Part shown: positions 48,475 through 58,330 of the stretch, one piece after another
Layout of the letters: the number at the start of each line of letters is the position of its first letter
Position numbering within the stretch: the stretch's first letter is position 1
From: an uncultured Bacteroidales bacterium
Lineage (GTDB): Bacteria > Bacteroidota > Bacteroidia > Bacteroidales > ML635J-15
DNA: 64,000 nucleotides
Assembly (NCBI GenBank): GCA_937982115.1
Contig: CALJNE010000027.1
Span: forward strand, 462-64,461
Direction: 5' to 3'
Notes under the pieces: model-generated
What the model was told of the DNA's origin: nothing
What the model saw: only the letters and a program-made list of their open reading frames with translations
The model's database searches: none
Translations under genes and position numbers: made by a program

Positions 48475-50850
48475 ATGAAAAAGCTATTATTCTTACCTAT
48501 ATGTACTTTATTAACAATTTTCTCCTTTAGTCAAAAGTACACAATTAGCGGGTATATTAAAGATAAAAATACTGGCGAAGAAATTATAGGTGCTAATATT
48601 TTCGTAAAAGATTTGAATACAGGCACTACGACTAATGCTTATGGATTTTATTCTCTGTCTTTACCAAAAGGTAAATATAATATTGTTTTTTCATTCCTTG
48701 GTTATAAGGAAGAAGAACTAAATATAGACTTAAACACAAATAAAAGTTTAAATATTTCTCTTGAAAGTACTGCAATTATAACCACTGAAGTTGTCGTTAC
48801 CGGTGAAAAAAAACAAAATATTGAAAGTAGTAAAATGTCTGTTATAAAATTACCTGTAGAGACTATAAAATCCTTACCTGCTTTCATGGGAGAAGTGGAT
48901 ATTATGAAGACCATTCAGCTTTTACCCGGAATTCAAGCTGCAGGTGAAGGAAACTCGGGTTTTTATGTACGTGGTGGAGGTCCTGATCAAAATCTTATTA
49001 TTCTTGATGAAGCAACTATTTATAATGCAGCGCATTTATTTGGCTTTTTCTCGGTTTTTAATGCCGATGCAATAAAAGATATGGAAATTTACAAAGGTGG
49101 AATGCCGGCAGAGTATGGGGGGCGGATTAGTTCAGTTCTCGACATTTCCATGAAAAACGGAAATATGAAAGATTATGAATTCGAGGGAGGTATTGGCACC
49201 ATTGCAACAAGATTGACTGCTCAAGGCCCGATAAAAAAAGACACGGCTTCCTTCCTTGTTTCTGCAAGGCGAACTTATCTAGATTTACTGATTAATCCTT
49301 TTATCAGTGATTCATCGAGGTTCAAAGGATCAGGATATCACTTTTACGATTTAAACCTAAAACTGAATTATAGATTTTCCGACAAAAATCGTCTTTTTCT
49401 GAGTGCATATTATGGCGAAGATGTTTTTTCTTTTAAAAGCAAGGAAGCCGGGTTCGATATGAATATACCCTGGGGAAACGGAATGTTAAGCCTCAGATGG
49501 AACCACCTATATAGTTCTCGTTTTTTCTCTAACACTACATTAGTTGCCTCTGATTACAAATTTAGAACAAGTGTTAAAATGGCTGATGAGAACAACCAAA
49601 ACGGAGGATTTCAATTCATACAAAATTCAGGAATAAGAGACTATTATCTAAAACAAGATTTTACCTTTATTCCCAATCCAAAACATACCATCAAATTTGG
49701 AGGTTCATATATTTTTCACATTTTTACTCCTAATTCAGTAAGTGCAAAATTTAATGACATTGTTTATGATTTGAATACAAAAGCAAAACAGTATGCACAT
49801 GAAACTGCTATTTATCTGGGAGATGATTTTAAAATTAATAAGAAAATTACCCTATACGGTGGAATTCGTGCTGCAAATTTTAATCAAATTGGCCCATTTA
49901 CGAGATATGTAAAAGATGAATTTCTTTTAACTAACATTGACACAATTGTATATGTTAAAGGTGAATCTGTTGCTTTTTACTGGTCATTTGAACCTCGTGT
50001 ATCTATGAAAATCAGTCTGGATCAAAATTCAAGCATTAAAGCCAGTTTTATGCAAAACAAACAATTCATACATTTAGCTTCATTATCCGCATCTACTTTA
50101 CCTACAGATTTATGGGTTCCATGCAGTGATATTGTTAAACCACAAATGGGAAGACAATATGCTGTCGGATATTTCAGAAATTTCTTTAAAGATCATTATG
50201 AAACCTCTGTAGAAGCATATTATAAAAAACTGTTCAATTTAATTGAGTATGCCGATGGAGCACTTCCGGGAGACGATGTCGCTGATAATGCCGACAACTA
50301 TTTTATTTTTGGTGACGGATATTCTTATGGATTGGAATTTTTCCTGAAAAAACGTACCGGAAGATTTACAGGTTGGATTGGATATACCTGGTCAAAAACT
50401 GAGAGAACTTTCCCTGATGTTGATAACGGCGATCCTTTCCCTGCAAAATACGACAGAAGACATGATTTATCCTTTACATCTTCCTATCAAATTAATGAAA
50501 AATGGTCTGCTTCATTGGTATTTGTTTACGCTACCGGCAATACAACTACTCTTCCTATCGGAAGATATATGATCGACGGTGAAATAATCAATGAATATGG
50601 ACGCAGAAATTCATACAGAATGGATCCTTATCATCGTCTTGATCTTTCAGTAACTTACATTAATAAAAAAACAGACAGGTGGGAATCATCCTGGAATTTT
50701 TCTGTTTATAATGTTTACAACAGGAAAAATCCTTTCTTCATTTACTTTTATCGTTCCGGAACTGTTTCGGATGGAACATATATAAATTATGCAAAACAAG
50801 TTTCTTTATTCCCAGTTTTACCGGCAATAACCTGGAATTTTAAATTTTAA
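48475..50850 (+). CDS. TonB-dependent receptor with an N-terminal carboxypeptidase-regulatory-like domain
   Basis: Signal peptide, YTISGYIKDKNTGEEIIGANIFV (CarboxypepD_reg-like), a plug region, a roughly 550 aa barrel, and a C-terminal aromatic residue (...ITWNFKF). Confidence 0.85.
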   Translation: MKKLLFLPICTLLTIFSFSQKYTISGYIKDKNTGEEIIGANIFVKDLNTGTTTNAYGFYSLSLPKGKYNIVFSFLGYKEEELNIDLNTNKSLNISLESTAIITTEVVVTGEKKQNIESSKMSVIKLPVETIKSLPAFMGEVDIMKTIQLLPGIQAAGEGNSGFYVRGGGPDQNLIILDEATIYNAAHLFGFFSVFNADAIKDMEIYKGGMPAEYGGRISSVLDISMKNGNMKDYEFEGGIGTIATRLTAQGPIKKDTASFLVSARRTYLDLLINPFISDSSRFKGSGYHFYDLNLKLNYRFSDKNRLFLSAYYGEDVFSFKSKEAGFDMNIPWGNGMLSLRWNHLYSSRFFSNTTLVASDYKFRTSVKMADENNQNGGFQFIQNSGIRDYYLKQDFTFIPNPKHTIKFGGSYIFHIFTPNSVSAKFNDIVYDLNTKAKQYAHETAIYLGDDFKINKKITLYGGIRAANFNQIGPFTRYVKDEFLLTNIDTIVYVKGESVAFYWSFEPRVSMKISLDQNSSIKASFMQNKQFIHLASLSASTLPTDLWVPCSDIVKPQMGRQYAVGYFRNFFKDHYETSVEAYYKKLFNLIEYADGALPGDDVADNADNYFIFGDGYSYGLEFFLKKRTGRFTGWIGYTWSKTERTFPDVDNGDPFPAKYDRRHDLSFTSSYQINEKWSASLVFVYATGNTTTLPIGRYMIDGEIINEYGRRNSYRMDPYHRLDLSVTYINKKTDRWESSWNFSVYNVYNRKNPFFIYFYRSGTVSDGTYINYAKQVSLFPVLPAITWNFKF

Positions 50851-50855
50851 ATGCC

Positions 50856-51809
50856 ATGAAAAGATTAAAAAGATTAATAAGTTATTCGACGTTAATAGTA
50901 ATTATATCATTTCTAATATTGATTTGGGGATGCGAAAAAGACATTAGTGTTGATTTGCCGCGTGCCGATGAAAAAATTGCTGTGGAAGCTTTTATTGAGC
51001 CGGATAGTTTTGCTGTAGTTTTCATAACTAAAAATGCTTCTTATTTCGATCCTGTTGATACTATTGCTGTTGCAAATTCTATTATTAAAGGGGATCAAGC
51101 AGTTGTAATAGTTGATGACGGTAATAATATTGACACTTTAATTCCGGCAACATTTCCAAGATGGCCTTATCATGGTTATAAAGGTACAAAAATTAAAGGT
51201 CAAGAAAATGGCATCTATAATTTAAAAATTATATGGAACAATCACGAGTATTTTTCAACAACTTCAATACCCAAAATAATCCCGATAGATTCAATAAAAT
51301 TTGATAAACTGAGTTTTAATGATTCGCTGGGATTTTTCAATATTTTTTGGAAAGATCCGATTGAAATTGGGAATTATTATGCCGTAACTGTTCGTAATCA
51401 CAAGCGTCATCAATGGTTTTACAGACCGTTTTTTGGAATTCATATTTTAGACGATAAAATAGACAATAACACAACAATGTTTTACGGACCAATTTCACAA
51501 GGATATGAAAGAAATGATTATTACAATGATTTCATGGGAAATTTTGAAGACATGGAATTCATTGACATTCTGGCATATAGGATCGGGGATACAGTTTCGA
51601 TTAAGCTTTCAACAATGGACAAAATGTCATTTCAATTCTGGAGTTCTTGGTACAGAAATCTAATAACAGCAGGAAATCCTTTTGCTAATCCGGCATCCGT
51701 AAAGTCGAATATTCAGGGCGACCCTGCTAATGGATATTGGATTGGCTATGGATCATACATTTCTAAAATTCATATAATTTCTAAAGACAGTATTGAAATT
51801 TTGCCATAA
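50856..51809 (+). CDS. DUF4249 family lipoprotein (usual partner of this TBDR type)
   Basis: Lipobox (IWGC), a 5-nt gap after the TBDR, and size and position typical of DUF4249. Confidence 0.55.
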   Translation: MKRLKRLISYSTLIVIISFLILIWGCEKDISVDLPRADEKIAVEAFIEPDSFAVVFITKNASYFDPVDTIAVANSIIKGDQAVVIVDDGNNIDTLIPATFPRWPYHGYKGTKIKGQENGIYNLKIIWNNHEYFSTTSIPKIIPIDSIKFDKLSFNDSLGFFNIFWKDPIEIGNYYAVTVRNHKRHQWFYRPFFGIHILDDKIDNNTTMFYGPISQGYERNDYYNDFMGNFEDMEFIDILAYRIGDTVSIKLSTMDKMSFQFWSSWYRNLITAGNPFANPASVKSNIQGDPANGYWIGYGSYISKIHIISKDSIEILP

Positions 51810-51941
51810 TTTATAATTTCAATTTACATACTATTGATTTTCAACATTTTAGCACCTTTCAGTATTTAAACTAAAAAAAATTCTTTTGTTTTTAGGCAAA
51901 CATTTTGTTATATTTACGGTTTAAATCAAAATTTTTAAATT

Positions 51942-52385
51942 ATGCTAAGGAATATCATTATTATTTTCAGTTTACTTATCAGCCTGCAAACTTTTTCACA
52001 AGAAGTACAAACCAAATGGTTTTATTCTATTAACAGAGCTGATGACGGTGCATATATTTTGAACATTAAAACTGAAATTCCGGATATATATTATATGTAT
52101 GGAATGAATATTAAAGAAGGTCCGCTACCATTGGAATTTAGTTTTGAAAATGCAGAAAATTTCCTTATAGAATACAATTTTTCAGAAATTACAGTTCCCG
52201 AAAAAGTTTTTGATGATGTATTTGGGATTGAAGTAAGTACTTATCATGGTTTAGCCGAATTCCAGTGTAAATTTATTCCAAAGGAAAATATTAGTTCTTT
52301 GAATCTGATAATTGATGGACAACTATGTAACAAGAAAGATGGCTCATGTTTTCCTTTGCGAAAAGAAATTAAAGTAAACTTTTAA
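51942..52385 (+). CDS. secreted protein resembling the DsbD N-terminal (DsbC-type, PF11412-like) domain
   Basis: Signal peptide, a beta-rich fold, and a C-terminal DGQLCNKKDGSCFPL pattern like the Cys...C.PP end of DsbD-alpha-like domains. This is a by-eye assignment. Confidence 0.35.
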   Translation: MLRNIIIIFSLLISLQTFSQEVQTKWFYSINRADDGAYILNIKTEIPDIYYMYGMNIKEGPLPLEFSFENAENFLIEYNFSEITVPEKVFDDVFGIEVSTYHGLAEFQCKFIPKENISSLNLIIDGQLCNKKDGSCFPLRKEIKVNF

Positions 52386-52399
52386 ATTGATATATTAAG

Positions 52400-53332
52400 A
52401 TGAGTGAAAAGGTAAAATGTTTGATTATTGGCAGTGGTCCCGCAGGATATACAGCTGCCATTTATGCTGCAAGAGCTAACCTAAATCCTGTTGTTTACGA
52501 AGGATTACAACCCGGCGGACAACTTACAACAACAACTGAAATTGAGAATTTTCCTGGTTTTCCCGAAGGAATTACCGGCCCCGAGTTGATGGACAGGATG
52601 AAAGCTCAAGCTCAAAGATTTGGTACTGATGTTCGTTTTGGATACATTACCAAAGTTGATTTTTCCGGATATCCGTTAAAAGTAATAGCAGACCACACTC
52701 ACGAAATTGAAGCCGAATCTGTTATTATTGCGACCGGAGCTACAGCTAAATATTTAGGCCTCGAATCAGAAGAAAAATTTAGGGGATTAGGTGTTTCGGC
52801 ATGCGCCACTTGCGATGGATTTTTCTATCGCGGTAAAGATGTTGCTGTTGTTGGTGGAGGAGATACTGCTTGCGAAGAAGCTTCGTATCTGGCCGGATTG
52901 TGTAACAAAGTTTACATGATTGTTCGTCGAGATGAATTGAGAGCATCTAAGGTAATGCAAAAAAGAGTCTTAAACAATCCCAAAATAGAAATTCTCTGGA
53001 ATCACAATACAGTTGAAATTCTCGGAGATAATAGCGGAGTTACAGGTGCAAAAATAATAAACAATAAAACCAAAGAAGAAAAAATCATCAATATTCATGG
53101 ATTTTTCCTTGCTATCGGACATACTCCCAATACTGATATTTTCAAAGAGTATCTGCAAACAGACGAAAACGGGTACATAATTACCGAAAAAGGAAGCACT
53201 AAAACTAACATCCCTGGAGTATTTGCCGCAGGTGATGTTCAGGATCCGAAATACAGGCAAGGAGTAACTGCTGCCGGTTCTGGTTGCATGGCAGCAAAAG
53301 ACGCAGAAACATTTCTAGCTGAAAAAGAATAA
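52400..53332 (+). CDS. trxB: thioredoxin-disulfide reductase
   Basis: GSGPAGYTAAIYAARA, the redox-active CATCDG, GGGDTACEEA and GDVQD are present. Confidence 0.95.
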   Translation: MSEKVKCLIIGSGPAGYTAAIYAARANLNPVVYEGLQPGGQLTTTTEIENFPGFPEGITGPELMDRMKAQAQRFGTDVRFGYITKVDFSGYPLKVIADHTHEIEAESVIIATGATAKYLGLESEEKFRGLGVSACATCDGFFYRGKDVAVVGGGDTACEEASYLAGLCNKVYMIVRRDELRASKVMQKRVLNNPKIEILWNHNTVEILGDNSGVTGAKIINNKTKEEKIINIHGFFLAIGHTPNTDIFKEYLQTDENGYIITEKGSTKTNIPGVFAAGDVQDPKYRQGVTAAGSGCMAAKDAETFLAEKE

Positions 53333-53337
53333 TAAAA

Positions 53338-53365
53338 GCCGGAATTTTTCCGGTTTTTCTTTTTA
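53338..53365 (+). terminator. rho-independent terminator of trxB
   Basis: GCCGGAatttTTCCGGTttttctttt. Confidence 0.65.
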
Positions 53366-53367
53366 TT

Positions 53368-54009
53368 ATGGAAAAAAAAGAAAGATACCGAAAAGTATTG
53401 GATTGGTTCAGCAAAAATATCTTAATTGCTGAAACAGAATTGATGTTTGAAAATCCTTTCCAACTGCTTGTGGCAGTAATTTTATCAGCTCAATGTACTG
53501 ACAAAAGAGTAAATCAAATTACCAGAGAACTATTCAGAATTTATCCTGATGCAAAATCAATGAGTTTGGCAAGTGTTGAAGAAATTTTTGAGCTAATAAA
53601 ATCTTGCTCCTATCCTAACAACAAAGCAAAATATCTTGCCGAAACATCCAAACTTATTTTTGAAAAATATAATGGAACAGTTCCTAACAACTATGACGAA
53701 TTAAGAAAATTACCCGGAGTTGGAAGAAAAACGGCTCACGTTATTCAGGCAGTTTTATTCAATGAGCCAAAAATGCCGGTTGACACACATGTTTTCCGGG
53801 TGGCAAATAGAATTGGTCTAACAACCAATGCAAAAACTCCTCTTCAGGTAGAAAAGCAACTTGTTAAATTCATTCCAAAAGAAGATATTCCTAAAGCTCA
53901 TCACTGGTTAATCCTGCATGGAAGATATATTTGTACTGCCCGAAATCCTAAATGTTTAAAGTGCGGGATTTCAGAATTTTGTAAATTTTATCAACAAAAT
54001 GATAAATGA
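53368..54009 (+). CDS. nth: endonuclease III
   Basis: HhH-GPD (LPGVGRKTAHV), the catalytic region, and the 4Fe-4S cluster loop CTARNPKCLKCGISEFC are present. Confidence 0.9.
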   Translation: MEKKERYRKVLDWFSKNILIAETELMFENPFQLLVAVILSAQCTDKRVNQITRELFRIYPDAKSMSLASVEEIFELIKSCSYPNNKAKYLAETSKLIFEKYNGTVPNNYDELRKLPGVGRKTAHVIQAVLFNEPKMPVDTHVFRVANRIGLTTNAKTPLQVEKQLVKFIPKEDIPKAHHWLILHGRYICTARNPKCLKCGISEFCKFYQQNDK

Positions 54010-54034
54010 TAGTAAATTTTTAACTATCAGCATT

Positions 54035-54042
54035 TATTTTTG
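54035..54042 (+). promoter_or_regulatory. Bacteroidota -7 promoter motif for argS
   Basis: TATTTTTG lies 19 nt upstream of the ATG at 54061. The ORF-track TTG start at 54040 is part of this motif. Confidence 0.5.
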
Positions 54043-54060
54043 CACACGAAAATAAATTGT

Positions 54061-55836
54061 ATGGAAAAGAGTATTAAGGTTCACGTAAAGGATGCACTTC
54101 AAAAACTTTACAATGTTGATCCTGATGATTTGAATATTGAGATTGAAAAAACTCGTGAAGGTTTTGAAGGAGATTTTACTCTGGTAGTTTTTCCTTTCCT
54201 CAAATACAGTAAAAAAGCTCCAGAACAAACAGCAAAAGAAATTGGAGCATATCTGCGATCCAAAATGCCTGAAATTGCTTCATATAATGTTATTAAAGGT
54301 TTTTTGAACCTTGTGATGACACAAGAATATTGGATTGACAAACTAAATTATCTCATTTCTACCGATTTTTCATTTTTCAAAAACACCGGTAAAAATATAA
54401 TGATAGAATTTTCATCTCCAAATACAAATAAACCGCTTCATCTTGGGCATATTAGAAACAATTTATTGGGGGACAGCATTTCGAGATTAATTGCAGAAAC
54501 AGGAAACAATGTAATTAAAGTTAATCTTATAAATGACAGGGGGATACATATTTGTAAGTCAATGTTAGCCTGGCAAAAGTGGAAAAAAGATTTGAATCCC
54601 GAAAATACAGGCAAAAAAGGAGATAAACTTGTTGGAGATTTTTATGTACTTTTCGAAAAGGAAAATAAAAAGCAAATTCAGGAATTAATAGACCAGGGCT
54701 TAACAAAAGAAGAAGCGGAAAATACTCCTTTAATGCAAGAGACCCGCGAAATGCTTCGTAAATGGGAAAGTAACGACCCCGAAATTATGAAAATTTGGAA
54801 AATGATGAATTCGTGGGTTTATGCAGGATTTGAAAAAACATATTCGAATCTGGGAATTACTTTCGATAAGATTTATTACGAATCACAAACATATTTACTA
54901 GGTAAAGAAATCGTTGAAAAAGGACTTGAAAAGGGAATTTTTTATCGCGAAGCTGATAATTCTGTTTGGATAGATTTAACAAATGAGGGTCTGGATAAAA
55001 AATTATTGTTACGTAGCGACGGTACCACGGTTTACATGACTCAAGATCTCGGAACAGCAGTCCAGAGATTTCAGGAGTTTAACCCCTACTTAATAATTTA
55101 TGTTGTTGGTAACGAACAAGAATATCACTTTAAAGTACTTAAAAAAATACTAGAAAAGCTTTATCCAGAGTATGCAGAGAGAATTTTTCATTTATCTTAC
55201 GGGATGGTAGAACTTCCGGAAGGGAAAATGAAATCACGTGAAGGAAAAGTTGTAGATGCAGATGATTTAATAGAAGAGATGATTCAAACTGCTACCGAAA
55301 TTGCTAACGAAAACGGTAAAGTTAACAATCTCCCTGAGGAAGAAAAATCAAGAATCTTAAAAATTATTGCATTAGGAGCTCTTAAATATTACATTTTAAA
55401 AGTAGATCCCAAAAAACAAATAGTCTTTAACCCAGCCGAGTCTATTGATTTTGCCGGAAATACAGGACCTTTCATTCAATATACCCATGCCAGAATTTAT
55501 TCCATCTTGCGAAAAGCAGATGAAATGAAGATAAAATTTAAAGGCAAAATAAATTCAGAAACAGAAATTGTTACCAAAGAAATAAATTTAATTTCCTTAC
55601 TTTCAGAATATGAATCTGTAGTAGCAAAAGCTGCCAAAAATTTCGATCCGGGTTCGATTGCTAATTATGTTTATAATTTGGCAAAGGAATTTAATCAATA
55701 TTATCACGATTACACAATTCTCAAAGAACAAGATCCAAAAGTTTTGCAATTGCGTTTAATGCTTTGTAAGCAAATAGCTGCAACTATCGGAAAATCAATG
55801 AATCTTTTGGGTATAGAAGTTCCTGAGATTATGTAA
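54061..55836 (+). CDS. argS: arginine--tRNA ligase
   Basis: The class I HIGH-type motif (SSPNTNKPLHLGHIRN), an Add-1-like N-terminal domain and the DALR anticodon-binding C-terminus are present. Confidence 0.95.
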   Translation: MEKSIKVHVKDALQKLYNVDPDDLNIEIEKTREGFEGDFTLVVFPFLKYSKKAPEQTAKEIGAYLRSKMPEIASYNVIKGFLNLVMTQEYWIDKLNYLISTDFSFFKNTGKNIMIEFSSPNTNKPLHLGHIRNNLLGDSISRLIAETGNNVIKVNLINDRGIHICKSMLAWQKWKKDLNPENTGKKGDKLVGDFYVLFEKENKKQIQELIDQGLTKEEAENTPLMQETREMLRKWESNDPEIMKIWKMMNSWVYAGFEKTYSNLGITFDKIYYESQTYLLGKEIVEKGLEKGIFYREADNSVWIDLTNEGLDKKLLLRSDGTTVYMTQDLGTAVQRFQEFNPYLIIYVVGNEQEYHFKVLKKILEKLYPEYAERIFHLSYGMVELPEGKMKSREGKVVDADDLIEEMIQTATEIANENGKVNNLPEEEKSRILKIIALGALKYYILKVDPKKQIVFNPAESIDFAGNTGPFIQYTHARIYSILRKADEMKIKFKGKINSETEIVTKEINLISLLSEYESVVAKAAKNFDPGSIANYVYNLAKEFNQYYHDYTILKEQDPKVLQLRLMLCKQIAATIGKSMNLLGIEVPEIM

Positions 55837-55839
55837 TTT

Positions 55840-56379
55840 TTATTTTTCTTTTATTCTTGTCAGGAAAAATTCGTCCTTTTGTTCTTTACCAAATTTATCT
55901 TTACCCGAAATGAATGCTTTTATACTATCCTTTGAGATATACTGATATACAATATATTGTGGATAATCATTGGCGGCATTGTGAAAATAATAAGTGCGAT
56001 TTTCGGATTTCACCAATTCAAAATTTACAGATCCTACAGTAACAACATCTTCTGCAAAACTGACAATGTAAAAAATTTTCCCTTCGCTATTTATTGAAAT
56101 ACGCAAAAATTCTTCAAACACAGTATCATTATCAGCAATCATATAACCCCTGCCTTTAAGACTTCCATCCTTATCCTGCCACCAAGATTCATAATAAAAA
56201 AATTCAGGATTTATATCCTGCCAGTCTCCTATTAACCAGGTCAAAGAATCAATGATAAAACTTGAAATCTTTATTTCATCTTGATTTTGATTTAAAGTCT
56301 CTTTTTTCCCGAAAAAATTACAGGACAAAACTAAAAACGAAATAAAAACAAAAACAAGATATCTAAATTTGAACTTCAT
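55840..56379 (-). CDS. DUF6265-like lipoprotein
   Basis: I moved the start to MKFKFRYLVFVFISFLVLSC (lipobox). The blocks WLIGDWQ and NDYPQYIVYQYISKDSIKAFISG resemble DUF6265 conserved blocks. Confidence 0.45.
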   Translation of the reverse strand: MKFKFRYLVFVFISFLVLSCNFFGKKETLNQNQDEIKISSFIIDSLTWLIGDWQDINPEFFYYESWWQDKDGSLKGRGYMIADNDTVFEEFLRISINSEGKIFYIVSFAEDVVTVGSVNFELVKSENRTYYFHNAANDYPQYIVYQYISKDSIKAFISGKDKFGKEQKDEFFLTRIKEK

Positions 56380-57763
56380 AACCTTTAAGAGGAATCTCAA
56401 TATTAGAAAAGCCTTCATTTTCGAGATAATTTTTGAAAAACTCAGCAGAAATTTGTTCTCCGTGAACAAGAAAAATTTTTTGCAATTTATCTTTATCCTG
56501 ACATTTAATATATTCTGTCATTTCTTCATAATCTGCATGACCGCTAAAAGATTCCAATTTTTTAATATCTGCCCGGATAATATGCTCTTCACCAAAGATG
56601 GAAATTTTATCTAAGCCTTGTTGCAAGCGGGCACCTAAGGTAGTTGGAGCACAATAACCTACAAAAAGAATTGTATTTTTAGGATTATCTATGCTATTGG
56701 CAATATGATGTTTTACCCTACCGGCTTCAGCCATACCGCTGGCAGAAATTATTACACAAGGTGAGTTTCTGTCATTTAACCTTTTTGATTCTACAATATC
56801 ACGCACATAATGCAATGTCGGGAAATTAAATGGATAGGGGTCTTCCTTAAGGCTTTCGGTTAGTTCCTCATTAAAGCATTCGGGATGCATCTTAAAAACT
56901 TCGGTAATATTAACAGAAAGCGGGCTATCAACAAAAATATCAATTTGAGGTAGAATCCCTTGATTATACCAATTGTTCAAAGTATTTACAATTTCTTGAG
57001 TTCGTCCAACACTAAAAGAAGGGATTATTAATTTGCCTTGTTTTTCAACGCAGGTATATTTCACAATATCTAAAAGAGCAAATTCTGATTCATGCTGAGT
57101 TTCGTGTTTCCGATCTCCGTAAGTAGATTCACAAATTAAAACATCAGCTTGTGGAAAAGCTGCCGGTGGTTTTAAAATTTTATTTTTAGGACGTCCGACA
57201 TCTCCTGTATAAGCAATATTTATCAGTCTGTCGTCTTCTTTTATAGTGATATATGCAACAGCACTGCCCAACATGTGTCCACTGTTGATAAACTTAACAG
57301 TAATATTTTGATCTATTTTAAATTTTCTGTCGTAGGCCACACCTATAAACAACTTCATGGCTTTTATAGCATCGTCGGCGGTGTATATTGGTTTTACAGG
57401 AGGGAGTCCTTTTTTTGCCAGTTTTTTGTTAAACCATTTTGTATCGTGTTCTTGTATATAACCACTATCTGCCAGCATCAAAGAACACAAATTTCGTGTT
57501 GCATCGGTACAAATTACAGAACCTTCAAAACCTTGCTTAAAAACGTAAGGAATAAGTCCTGAATGATCAATATGAGCATGTGTTAAAATTATATGATCAA
57601 TTTCTTTTGGGTCGAAACCTAAATCACGGTTTGCTTTATCAGTTTCCATTCCTTTGCCCTGAAACATTCCGCAATCTAGAAGAATTTTTTTTCCAAAAGA
57701 AGTTTCAATCAAGTGCTTACTTCCGGTTACTTCACCTGCTGCACCCAAAAAAGTGATTTTCAT
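56363..57763 (-). CDS. MBL-fold / beta-CASP RNA-metabolising hydrolase
   Basis: The N-terminus MKITFLGAAGEVTGSKHL, HAHIDHSG, a beta-CASP region and a C-terminal RMMBL-like end (SGHADYEE...VHGE) are present. Confidence 0.8.
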   Translation of the reverse strand: MKITFLGAAGEVTGSKHLIETSFGKKILLDCGMFQGKGMETDKANRDLGFDPKEIDHIILTHAHIDHSGLIPYVFKQGFEGSVICTDATRNLCSLMLADSGYIQEHDTKWFNKKLAKKGLPPVKPIYTADDAIKAMKLFIGVAYDRKFKIDQNITVKFINSGHMLGSAVAYITIKEDDRLINIAYTGDVGRPKNKILKPPAAFPQADVLICESTYGDRKHETQHESEFALLDIVKYTCVEKQGKLIIPSFSVGRTQEIVNTLNNWYNQGILPQIDIFVDSPLSVNITEVFKMHPECFNEELTESLKEDPYPFNFPTLHYVRDIVESKRLNDRNSPCVIISASGMAEAGRVKHHIANSIDNPKNTILFVGYCAPTTLGARLQQGLDKISIFGEEHIIRADIKKLESFSGHADYEEMTEYIKCQDKDKLQKIFLVHGEQISAEFFKNYLENEGFSNIEIPLKGYEVQI

Positions 57764-57774
57764 AAAAAAGATTT

Positions 57775-58149
57775 TTAGTTTTTATTTGATTTTAGTCTTT
57801 CCTGAAGGACCTGTAAAATATCAGAATTATTTGTCATTTCAAAAATCAGCTTTCGTCCATCTTTGCTTTCAATCTCAAATTTCAAATTTTTAAAACGATC
57901 CGTTTTATTAGTATGTGGTAATGGTTTTAAATTTGAAATATCTTTAAAAAGTAAATTTGATACTTTTCGAGCAGATGATATTTTAAATTTAAGCTTCGAG
58001 TTAATAAACGATAATGGTTTGAGATAAGTATTTTTAAATTCAATAAACAATTCATTTTCAGTTACATAAATATCAGAATCTCTTTCAACAAAACTATTTT
58101 TTTGCAAACTTGCCTTCTTTTGAATAATAACTTTTTCAAATCTTTCCAT
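57775..58149 (-). CDS. hypothetical protein (124 aa), divergent from the cytochrome operon
   Basis: I recognised no motif. I moved the start to the ATG (MERFEKV). Confidence 0.4.
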   Translation of the reverse strand: MERFEKVIIQKKASLQKNSFVERDSDIYVTENELFIEFKNTYLKPLSFINSKLKFKISSARKVSNLLFKDISNLKPLPHTNKTDRFKNLKFEIESKDGRKLIFEMTNNSDILQVLQERLKSNKN

Positions 58150-58229
58150 AACCCGAAAATGAGTTGACAAACTTATAAAATTATTTTTTCATAATTGCAA
58201 ATTTTGTTTTGAAAAATTCTAATTATTTT

Positions 58230-58243
58230 ATGATATAAATCAA
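58230..58243 (+). promoter_or_regulatory. candidate Crp/Fnr-type operator (ATGAT-N4-ATCAA)
   Basis: ATGATATAAATCAA matches the TTGAT-N4-ATCAA consensus at 9 of 10 positions and lies about 95 nt upstream of the cytochrome ATG. AT-rich background makes chance matches likely. Confidence 0.25.
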
Positions 58244-58330
58244 TATTTCACTTTTTTTAGAATTAGAATTGTTTTTTTGCTTAATTTCGCATTGTTAGTT
58301 ATTTAACAGCAATTTTGTAATTACAAGAAT

